Below, in pieces: positions 26,701 through 38,700 of a DNA stretch of 64,000 nucleotides. The DNA is from Hypanus sabinus. Its lineage: Eukaryota. Where the stretch lies: NCBI RefSeq assembly GCF_030144855.1, contig NC_082707.1, positions 46,562,001 through 46,626,000 of the forward strand, written 5' to 3'. Both the position numbers and the translations under genes were made by a program. A model generated the notes under the pieces. The model ran no database searches, had not been told where the DNA came from, and was given only the letters and a program-made list of their open reading frames with translations. Position 1 is the stretch's first letter, and each line of letters opens with the position of its first letter.

Positions 26701-29700
26701 TGTAAAAGTTGTCAAAGGATACAGTGTGATTATAGATCAGTTGCAGATGTGAGTTGCAAAATGGCAGACAGTTTAATCCAGGTAAGTGTAAGGTGTTGCA
26801 CTTCGGGAGATCAAATGCAAATAGAAAGTACACATTTAATGGCAGGACCCTTAACTGTATTGATGTACAGAGGGATCTTGGGTTTGAAGTCCATAATGTT
26901 TAAGAGTTGATAGGATGGTGAAGAACGTGCATAGCATGTGTGCCTTCGTTAGTTGAGGCATTGTTTTGAGTCACAAAACTAAGTTGCAGCTTTATATAAT
27001 TCTGATTAGGCTGTGTCTGGAGTATTGCATTCAATTCTAGTCATCTTTTATAGCAAGGGCATAAAGGCTATGCAGAGATCTCAGAAGATGTTTACTAAGC
27101 TGCTGCCTGGTCGAGAGCACATGTGCTAAAAGGAGAGGTTGTACAAACTGGGGTTTTTTTCTCTGAAGCAGCAGAGCCTTCTGAAGGAAATTTATAAAAT
27201 TAGGAAGGCATAGGGAGAAAGTTCAAAGGAGATGTGTGTGAAAGTTTTGTTTTTACAGAGTGTCTGGAATGTAATGCCGTGAGTCTGATGAAGGCATATA
27301 TGATAGAGGTGTTTAAAAGACTCTCAGATAGGCATGTGAATGGAGAGATCTAGATTATGTGCACAAATAGTTTGATGAGTCGTCATGGATTTAAGAGCCT
27401 ATTCCCCTGCTCTGTTGTTCTGTATTCTGTGAACACCCATGCAGCCAGTGAACTTAACTTTATGACTTTTTCTGATTTTCTCATCAATGGAAATATTCTC
27501 TCCATCTCCTACTCTAAACCTCTAATTATTTTGAACATATTTAATCATGTAACTTTTCAGTGTTTCTGTTCTGAAGACAGGCCTAGCATCTTCAGGTGTT
27601 TTAGGTCACTTACGTCTCTTAAGCTGGTGCCCACTTTTCTACACATTTATTAAACCACCACATCATTCTTAAAGTGCGGAATCCTGCACTGGACCCAGTG
27701 CACATTGTGAATAACTTGTTTTCTCAAGATGCTTTGCTTTTGTGCTCCATACCTCTTTATGAAGTCCAAGATTCTTTACATCTTTTCTCAATCTGCATGC
27801 CACCTTCAGAGATACTGTATTAATGAATATTGATTCATCTGTTTAGATTTGTATCCTTCGTATGAAACGTCTCTTCATCCAACGGCCGAAGTGAATCACT
27901 TCAGTTTTCTACCATGTACTTAGTCTGTTAGTCCTCTTGAAGTAAAGTGTTACCCCCCCCCATTTTGTATTAACTATCCTTACAGATTCGTCACCTTTAT
28001 GTTTTGAAATTACATTTTGCACAATACAGTCATTAATATACACAAGGAAAAGCAGTGGTCCCTGCATTTGCTCTGGTGAACACCACTAGTTATCAACCTT
28101 CAAATGGGAAAACAACTGTTCATCATGACTCTTTTCTGCTCCTAAATCAATTTCTAAGCATGCTGCCTTTGCCCCTTTTATTTAATTAGCTTTAACATTC
28201 CTCTGTGGGTATTGATTTTATTAGAGTGCACTGACAGATAACTGCTGTTGTTTGGTTCTAATTCTCCTATTTATGCCACCTGTAGCTTCACACAAGTGAA
28301 CTGAATGATGGGTATAACTGGGGACGGCTCAACTTGCAGTCTGTGACAGAACAAAGCACTCTAGATGAATTCCTGGCCACTGCAGAACTGGCTGGCACAG
28401 AGTTTGTGGCAGGTAAGAAATTAATTTTTGATTTTTGCAGTAATGCAGATGGTTATATACTGGCTGTATTACTGGGTCAGCAAGGTGGTGGCATGAGAAC
28501 AGATCCTGTCATGAAAATGGGGACTTTAAATTCAGTTATCAAAAATTTTCATTCCATTCACAGTAACCTTGAAACTACTAGATTAAATAAACTACCTGTT
28601 TCACTAATGTCTTTAAAAAGGGATCTATCAGTCAGACCACATGCCCAAATGCAAACACAAGAAATGGATGCAGAGATAAGCCATTTAGTTCTTCAAATCT
28701 ACTCTTGACAATTAGGTAAAATTATTTACCTGATTATCTCAGATGCAATTTTCCTACCTTATTCCCACATCCCTTTATTTCCTTTGATTTGTTAGTAGAG
28801 ATCTGGAAATGAAATCAATGGTTGAGTCTCAAGTAAATTCTGTGCTGTCAGTGTGTCTAGGGTTTTACTGTGTTTCGCAGGACATGCAGGAATCTGAGAG
28901 TTGCTTCATTTCCAACAGTGGAACACCAGTTGTCTGTTTGGAGTAACTGGAAATAGTCAACTCAGTCAAGCCGCTGCTTTTCCTTTAATTTCACTTCAGC
29001 TGATGCCTTCACTTTCCTACCTCAAGGTGGAGCTTCATGAGCTCGAGTAAAATTGTTGTCTCTGAATATCAGAGGCATGAATTGTCTTTGAATTGCAATC
29101 TCTGAATATGAGCGGAATTTGCTTCCATGTGAAACTCACTATACACAGGAAAAAGTTGATTTACCTTTGTAATAAAAAAGAGAGAAATTTGGGATATTAA
29201 GACAGCAATTATCCATAGCTAACATTCTAATGGAACAGATGATAACATTTTTGTTCAACTAATATAGCAACTACATATACTGCTTATTCGGCAATAGGTG
29301 AATCAACATGAAGATGCCAATGGTTCTTTTGTTGACAATTTAGGAAGTACTTTCATGAACAAATGTTTTGTTGCAACAGCTTTAGTGTCCTGTCCTAACT
29401 GGAGGTTTAAATTTATCTTCCAATAGAGAAGCTTAACGTCAAGATTATTTCTGCGGAAGACAGAACTGGTTTGCTAACAGCTGAAGAAAACAAGAAGATC
29501 AAGAAACTCCAAGAAGAGAACAAGCAGTTTCTGTGCATACCCAGGAGGTGGGCAAGTACTCAGTTTGAGTTTTGAGACCCTTTGATTTATAAGAGCAATG
29601 GGAGTGCAACACAAAAGTGTTTTGCTCTTGGATTTTTTTTTCAAGTGCAGAAAGCTCTATACTTTATGAATATGCTTGCTTTCTCTATGCTGATCAATGA

Positions 29701-32700
29701 CCCCTTTAACATTAACTCTTCACCTTGCATTCATTAAGTTGTAACAATCTTTAAACTGCTCTTTCTCATAGCTATGACACACCAAAGTTCATCTGATTAT
29801 ACAGTAACTTGTTCCATTCCCTAAAGGATTTTAAAGCATTATTTTCAGTTGTAGTGTTGCAAATAAAGTATAGCTTTTGAGGTTGAGGATAGCTTTAGTT
29901 ACTTATATATTAATTCAGCTGGCAAATTCTGCCCTCTTAGATCTCATCTAAGATCTGGCTGTCCATGCTCTAAATGTTCACTAAGATATGATCATCCAAA
30001 ATCTTAGTGCTCACTGATATGTCTTGATCAAGCTTTAATCTTAAAACTATTTAGGTTTTCACATCCCTTTATAGCTTCATACTCCCAGTCTTTATAGTCT
30101 CTTCTCCATCTTTATAATCTCTTCCAGTCCAATAGTATGATACCTTGTCTTCCATTAGTGTGGCATCTTGAACATCGAGTTTAATTGCTCCAACAATGAT
30201 GGCAATGTCTTTTGTTTTGAACCTGTACTCAAGAATTTTGTTCCTGAATCCCTGTCACTCTTTCCTTAAGACACAACTTAAAACGAACAATTTTGACTGA
30301 ACTTTTGTGTGACTGCACTACTATGTGTCTTGGAATTAAAGTTTGTTGATGATACTGCTGTTAGGAGCTATCTGACATGTTACCAGTGCACCAATGTAAA
30401 TAAGAGTGTATCTCATTTTCATAGCTCAAAATCACGTCAAGTGCTTTACCCAGTTTATTCCTACACCAGGTTGTTCAGTTTACAAATTTTTTTGCTGCTT
30501 TATATTGCTTCCATTGAAAAGCTAAATGATTTCACAATCTCTCTTTCCTGGGAATGTCTGATTGCTGAATTAGCAGTGAATTTGCTCTATTAATGCTAAT
30601 GGTCATATGTGAAAATTGTTTTAAGTTTTATCTTTTCCTCAATTGCTTATGTTTCCTGTAGACCTCATTGGGATGAGAATACAGCTGCAGAAGAACTGCA
30701 AAAAGCAGAAAGGGAAAGCTTCTTAGAATGGAGGAGACAATTAGCTCAGTGAGTATTGTAGATTATATAATTTGTAGTCAGCTGACATGCTCTGCATCTG
30801 GTTGATATTTCTTGTAATAAGATTTATTATTGGTTTATTACTTTTTTTGTTTTTGGGTAGCAATATAATGTCAAAACAAAAATTACTCTAAATTACAAAA
30901 TTAAATACTGCATACAAATGGAATGATAAGGTAGTGTTCAGAAATATGATGGTGGAGGGTCAGAAGCTGTTTCTGAATCACTGAGTATGTGTCTTCAGGC
31001 TTCTCTGTCTCCTGATAGCAGGAGCAAGAAGGCGGCATGTCCCAATTGGTTAGGAACCTTGCTTGACAGATGCTACCTTGATGGTGGCCTTTTGAAAGTA
31101 TTCTCTGGTGTCGAGGGTTGTGCCTGTGGTGGAAATGCTGAGTTTACAACCATCTTTTTGACAGATAGACAGACAGGCATACTTTATTGATCCTGAGGGA
31201 AATTGGGTTTCATTACAGCCGCACCAAGAATAGTGAAGAAATATAGCAATATAAAGCCATAAATAATTAAATAATAATGTTAATCATGCCAGGTGGAAAT
31301 AAGTCCAGGACCAGCCTATTGGCTCAGGGTGTCTGACACTCCGAGAGAGGAGTTGTAAAGTTTGATGGCCACAGGTAGGAATGACTTCCTGTGCCACTCA
31401 GTGTTACATCTCAGTGGAATGAGTCTCTGGCTGAATGTACTCCTGTGCCTAACTAGTACACTATGGAGTGGATGGGAGTCATTGTCCAAGATGGCATGCA
31501 ACTTGAACAGCATCCTCTTTTCAGACACCATCGTCAGAGAGTCCAGTTCCACCCCCACAACATCACTGGCCTTACAAATGAGTTTGTTGATTCTGTTGGT
31601 GTCTGCTACCCTCAGCCTGCTGCCCCAGCACACAACAGCAAACATGATAGCACTGGCCACCACAGCCTTGTAAAACATCCTCAGCATCATCCGGCAGATG
31701 TTAAAGGACCTCAGTCTCCTCAGAGATGGCTCTGACCCTTCTTGTAGACAGCCTCAGTGTTCTTTGACCAGTCCAGTTTATTGCCAATTCGTATCCCCAA
31801 ATATTTGTAATCCTCCACCATGTCCACACTGACCCCTTGGATGGAAACAGAGGTCACCGGTGCCTTAGCCCTCCTCAGGTCCACCACCAGCTCCTTAGTC
31901 TTTTTCACATTAAGCTGCAGATGATTCTGCTCACACCATGTGACAAAGTTTCATCTTCGTGAATTGAGTGTGATTTTTGTATATAAATTTGATAAATATT
32001 GAAAATGAAGAGCAGTTTTGATTCCTTTCAGATCTGAGTCTTAGAAGGTCACTATTGAGCATGGGCAGGCAATGGTAAATTACTGGGATTTATTCTGCTG
32101 CTTATTTAATTATTTTCAATTTTCTTCATTCTGATTCTGTGGGTTGCTCATTGGCTTGCAGTCCAGGGAAGGTGAACTGAAACTTGGTGATTTTTTGTGT
32201 ATAAATTTAGTTCAGACTTGAGTTCTGAAAATGCAAAATATTAAATACTTGCCCATGTCCTCACCCTTCCAACTGTGTGGCAGGAATTTAGTAATGATTT
32301 TTCAAAATGTCTGCTGTAACTTTTGAATGTGATTTGAAGAGATCCTGAAAAAATAATGTATAGAACAGTTGGTCAAAAGTGAGAGTGGCACTGAAAATCT
32401 CTGGTTTTACTTGATACCCAGCTTACTCAAGTGCAAAATATACAAATTTGCCCTTGAAAGTATTAAGTTAATCTTATCACTGTGACTTTTTAAATAAGTT
32501 TTCATCTGCCACTGATTTGTGACCACCATGGTGTATTTTTTCTGCAAGACTTAATGCACAATATTCTCATTTTCCCTTATTTATAATGTGTACATCAACT
32601 AAAAATCTGGTGATAATACATTAAAAATTGTTGCTTTTTTGCATTTAAGATTAAGAAACCTGGATAAAGACTTGCCTTTTGTTCTATTCAGTTTAAATAG

Positions 32701-35700
32701 CAGGATAATTTTGAGTTAAGGTTCTATTTAGGGAGAATTTCATGTGTAACTTTAAACTTGAAAGCAAAATAATTGATTTTTATCTTGACATTTGTGTGCC
32801 AAATTAGAGCATGTTGCAACACAGGATAGGTCAGAAGACTCCAAAACTACTTTTATGCAAGAGTTACTATTTTGGCAGATCAGTTTTTTGTCGCAAATAA
32901 TTAGTCACTTTTTATAGATTCTGGGATGGAAATTCTGTGCGTATGTCACTCATGTTTTACCATCATCATACCGAGACAGATTTACAAGTTCCCTTTTTGT
33001 CCAGGCTGGAAGAGGAAAGAAACCTGATTCTTACACCATTTGAAAAGAATCTGGACTTCTGGCGTCAGCTGTGGAGAGTTATTGAAAGAAGGTACGCTAT
33101 GTAGAAACTTCATTCCCTGCAGTGGCCATGCAGCATTCTTTTCGTATTCAATCCTCTTCCCATATCATTTGCCTTCAAAAGCTCATAATTCTGAACCAGT
33201 TCTGCATTTGAATAGTTTTTATAATTCCATAATGAATTCTACCAACTTTGAAATATTTCCTGCCCTGTTGGGGTAACAGTAAGTTCTGTCAGATATTTAA
33301 AAAAAAAATGTCTTTAACATTCTTCCATGCTAAATCTATAAACGTGTCCAGCTTTACTAGATTAACTTAACATATTTAAAATGTTATCTTTCATGCATCA
33401 TTGCCAATTGTTCATTCATTGCTCTGAACTTGTGCATTAGTGTAATATGTATCTTGAAAATTTCTCTTATATTCCCCTTTCTCTGAATTTTCTAACTTCG
33501 TCTGAGAACTTATTGTGGCACAAGGGTGTGTTAAATAAATCATACAGGCTAAACTGGTTGACTTTAATTGTAAACTTGTGGATTAAAGTTTCATTTTTGA
33601 TCATAGCTGTGTATATTGCAAGTGTTCAGTTACTTATCATGGGTTGTATTTAAAAGTACTTAAAATTTGAGTATTTTGGCTGTATCTTTAAATTGTGAAT
33701 GTATTTATGTTTTTTTTTTGTGCAGTGACATCATTGTTCAGATTGTTGATGCTAGAAACCCACTGCTTTTCCGGTGTGAAGATTTGGTGGGTAAAAATTT
33801 AGTTACTGCCTCTTTGCCAACAGTGCATGATTTCACTCATTCTAAAATGCAGAAATCATTCAAATAATGTGATTGTCCTTGCTGAGTTATGTTCTACATT
33901 GTGTAGAACTGTCGTGTGAAAATATTGTATTTATATTTTTACAGTTTTAATGTTGTTGCCTTGGAATAAATAAAGGGTTCTTTAAAATGTTAAAGTTTCA
34001 CATTTGAAAACTGCATTGTAATGACAGGGCATGAACACGAGTAAGTCTGCAGATGCTGGAAATCCAGAGAAACACACACAACGTGCTGGAGGAACTCAAC
34101 AGATCAGGCAGCGTCAATGGCATTGAATAGAGAGTTGATGTTTTGGGCCAAGGCCCTTCTTTAGGACTGAGAAGGAAGGGGGAACATGCCAGAATAAAAA
34201 GGTGGGGATCGGGGAAAGAGGCTAGCTGGAAGATGATTGGTGAAGCGAGGTAGGTGGGAAAGATCAAGGGCTAGCGAAGAAGGAATCTTATAGGAGAGGA
34301 GAGTGGACCATAGGAGAAAGGGAAGGTGGAGGGACCCAGGAGAAGTAATAGGCAAGTGAGAAGAGATGAAAGGTCAGAGTGGGTAATAGAGGAAGGGGGG
34401 TTGGGTAGTTTGTTTACTGGAAGAAGAAATTGATGTGCATGCCATCTGGATGGAATTTAAGCTGTTGCTCCTCCACCCTGAGGATAGCCTCATCTTGGTA
34501 CAAGAAGAGGCCATGAACCGGCATGTTGGAACGGGAATTTGAATCAGAATTAAAATGCTTGGCCACTGAGAAGTCCTGCAAGTGGCGGGTGGAGCGGAGG
34601 TGCTCGACGAAGCGGTCCCCCAATTTGCATTGGGTCTCACAAATGTAGAAGAAGCCGCATTGGGAGCAGGGGAAGTGTTGCCTCTCCTGGCAGGATTGTC
34701 TAGAGTCCTGAATAGAGGTGAGGGAGGAGGTGTATGAGGCAGGTACAGTGGCATGCAAAAGTTTGGGCACCCCTAGTCAAAATTTCTGTTACTGTGAATA
34801 GTTAAGTGAGTCGAAGATGAACTGATCTCCAAAAGTCATGAAGTTAAAGATGAAACGTTCTTTTCAACATTTTAAGCAAGATTAGTGTATTACAGTTGGT
34901 CCTCCTTATCCGCGGATTCTGCATGTGCGAATTCAACCAACTGCGAATCGCGAAAACCCGGAAATGCTCTTCTAGCACTTGTTGTTCGAGCATGTACAGA
35001 CTTTTTTCTTGTCATTATTCCCTAAACGATGCAGTATAACAACCATTTTACATAGCATTTACATTGTATTAGGTATTATAAGTAATCCAGAGATGATTTA
35101 AAGTATATGGGAGGATGTGCGTGGGTTATTGTGCATTGGGATCGAAAAAAATCGGAAGTTCTCTTACTAAATAAGTTGGAACAGGTACATCCGGTGTTAT
35201 TTAGTGTCAGTTAGTCAAACGTTTGTCTTAGTATATAGTATATATTTTACCTTTCTATACATACAAAACACTTAAGAACGTATGTTTCAGCGCTGGGCTC
35301 AGGAACAGAATTTCCCAAGTTCGATCGAGTGACAGATCGCTCCCGAGTGTACTCTCCTCCGTGCTGGTTTGATGTGGAGGATCAAAAACCTGAAACCCCA
35401 AAACCCAATAATTAAACCACTGCGTTGCTTAGTAACAGTTGTAGCCTTCATCAGGGCAGGGCCTTTCTCACTTTATCCTTTAAAATTGTTCCGATGGTTG
35501 ACGGACATAGCCTAATGCTTTTCCAATGACCGATGGCGTTTCACCTCTATCTCATCACTTTATTATTTCCACTTTATTTTCTTTGTAATTAATTTTTTTT
35601 ATTGAAGTTCATCAAACAAACATTTCCATAAGATGTATTTCAGACATTGTACATATACATCATATAATCATATATATCACAAATCTCCACGAAGTATTTA

Positions 35701-38700
35701 TCTGAGGTATACACTTACAGAAAAAAGTGGAAAGAAAAAACAAGCAAAAGGAAAGAACTATGTACAAGTAGGGAGTGATCTTTTTTTTTTACAACGGATT
35801 CATTGATTTGTGAGAATAAAATCAGGCCTATGAGGCATTATGTAGTTAAACCATTTTTCCCCAGTATGAATCAAATTGTTCCAGCTTATGATTAACAGCT
35901 GCAGTTATCTTCTCCATTTTGTAAATGTCCATTGTAATTTCCATCCATGTATTTAAAGTTGGGCTCTCCTGTGATAACCATTTCCTAGTAAGAGTCTTTT
36001 TACCAGCCACCAACAGTATATTCATTAAATATTTATCTCTTGTCAACCATTCTTGAGGTATATATCCAAAATATATGGTCTTACTCTCCAAGGGTATTTC
36101 ACATTTAAAGATGTCTTGTAGGGCATTGTGTATCCCCCTCCAATGTTTTTTGATCACAGGGCAGTCCCAAAAAATATGATAATGATTTGCATTTTGATTT
36201 CCACAATTTCTCCAGCAAACATGGAGGTTACTATCATAATGGGATTTCTGAGAGGTTGTAATAAAATATCAAGTTTTTCCATCCAAACTCCCTCCATTTC
36301 TGTGAATTGGTACACTTTCATTCAGAGCTCTGGCGCCGGGTCCTAATGTCCACCGCACTGAGACAGGTTAAATACGGTCTGGGGTTCCACTGGGTCCTAA
36401 GGTCCACCGTATTGAGACAGGTTGAATAAGGGACTTGAGCATCCGCAAATTTTGGTATCCGCGAGGGGTCCTGGATAAGGAGGGCCGACTGTATTTTTGT
36501 TTTGTATAATTTTAGAGTGAAAGAAAGGAAAGGAGCACCATGCAAAAGTTTGGGTACCCCAAGAGATATGAGCTCTCAGATAACTTTTACCAAGGTCTCA
36601 GACCTTAATTAGTGGGTTAGAGCTATGGCTTGTTCACAATCATTGTTAGGAAAGGCCAGGTGTTGCAAATTTCAAAGCTTTATAAATACCCTGACTCCTC
36701 AAACCTTGTCCCACCAGTCAGCAGCCATGGGCTCCTCTAAGCAGCTGCCTGGCACTCTGAAAATTAAAATAAATGATACCCACAAAGCAGGAAAAAGCTA
36801 TAAGAAGACAGAAAGCATTTTCAGGTAGCCGTTTCCTCAGTTTGTTATGTAATTAAGAAATGGCAGTTAACAGGAATGGTGGAGGTCAAATTGAGGTCTG
36901 GAAGACCAAGAAAACTTACTGAGAGAACTGCTCGTAGGATTGCTAGAAAGGCAAAAGACCTTCAGGAAGATTTAGCAAACTCTGAAGTGGTGGCACTGTT
37001 CTACTGTGCAGTAACATCTGCACAAAATGACCTTCATGGAAGAGTTGTGAGAAAAAAACCTTTCCTGCATCCTCACCACAAAATTCTGCATTGGAAGTTT
37101 GCAAAGAAACATCTAAACAAGCCTGATGCATTTTGGAAACAAGTCCTGTGGACTGATGAAGTTAAAATAGAACTTTTTGGCTGCAAAGGTATGTTTGGAG
37201 AAAAAAGGGTGCAGAATTTAATGAAAAGAATACCTCTCCAACTGTTAAGCACGGGGGTGGATCGATCATGCTTTGGGCTTGTGTTGCAGCCAGTGGCACA
37301 GGGAACATTTCACTGGTAGAGGGAAGAATGTATTCAATTAAATATCAGCAAATTCTGGAAGCAAGCATCACACCATCTATAAAAAAGCTGAAGATGAGAA
37401 AAGGATTGCTTCTACAACAGGATAATGATCCTAAACACACCTCAAAATCCACAATGGACTACCTCAAGAGGCGCAAGTTGAAGGTTTTCCCATGGCCCTC
37501 ATAGTCCCCCGACCTAAACATCATCAGAAATCTGTGGATAGACCTCAAAAGAGCAGAGCATGCAAGACGGCCCAAGAATCTCACAGAACTAGAAGCCTTT
37601 TGCAAGGATGAATGGGCGAAAATCCCCCAAACAAGAATTGAAAGATTCTTAGCTGGCTACAGAAAGCGTTTACAAGCTGTGATACTTGCCAAAGGGGGTG
37701 TTACTAAGAACTGACCATGCAGGGTGCCCAAACTTTTGCTTCGGGCCCTTTTCCTTTTTTGTTATTTTGAAACTGTAAAAGATGGAAATAAAAAAGTCAT
37801 CTTGCTTAAAGATGTGTCATCTTTAACTTTATGCCTTTTGGAAATCAGGTCATCTTTTACTCGCTTAGCTATTCACAGTAACAGAAATTTTGACCAGGGA
37901 CAAATGGGCAAGGGAATCACAGAGGAAGTGATCCCTGCGGAAAGTGGAGGGGTGGGGGTAAGGATATGCTTAGCGGTAGGATCCCTTTGTAGATGGCAAA
38001 AGTTGAAGAAGATAATTTGTTGGATGCAGAGACTGATGGGTTGGTAGATAAGGACAAGAAGAAGTCTCACTGTTATGGTTGCCCAAAGATGGGGTGAGTG
38101 TGGACATACAGGAAATGCAGGAGATGCGGGTGAGGGCGGCATCACTAGTGGAGGGAGGGAAGCCCCGTTCTTTAAGGAAGGAGGGCATCTCCGAAGTCCT
38201 GGAAAGGAAAGTCATGTCCTGGGAACAGATGTGGCAGAGGTGAAGGAACAGAAAAGAGAATAGCATTTTTACAAGAGATAGGGTGGGAAGATGTATAGTT
38301 GAGATAACCTTGTGAACCAGTAGGTTTATAAAATATGTTGGTTGACAGTTTGTCTCCGGAGATGGAGACAGAAAGATCGAGAAAATGGAGGGAGATGTGA
38401 TGACAGGGTAAATTATACTTGAAGGGAAAAGTGGTGATCTGAGAGTCACACTTCATAATTATTCATGGATAATGTAGTTTAAGGTCATCTGAATGAGATG
38501 CTGGAAACAAATTAAGCACTATCAGCAGAGAGAAACAATTATCATCTGAGACCCTTCAGAATGGAAAAAAAAGAGTTGAGTTTTAAGTTGCTGCGAGGTT
38601 GGGGGAGGCATGGAAATGACAAAGGGAGTATTTTTGAGTGAGGCTAGAGTCCCTCTGGATGTAAATCTAGAGATTATCTGGTCAATGGGTTAATGAGAGC

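Larger units (their letters stand above)
34746..37899 (+). mobile_element. Tc1-family (IR/DR type) DNA transposon, inactive
   Basis: TA|CAGTGGCATGCAAAAGTTTGGGCACCC left TIR, inner direct repeat near 36539, right TIR about 37720-37899 lacking its tip. Confidence 0.9.
34034..38450 (-). mobile_element. Penelope-like retroelement (RT C-terminus plus GIY-YIG endonuclease), split by a Tc1 insertion
   Basis: 38172-38456 FLDLSVSISGDKLSTNIFYKPT..QGYLNYTSSHP; 34414-34740 CSQCGFFYICETQCKLGDRFVEH (GIY-YIG); pieces at 34034-34745 and 37900-38450. Confidence 0.8.
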
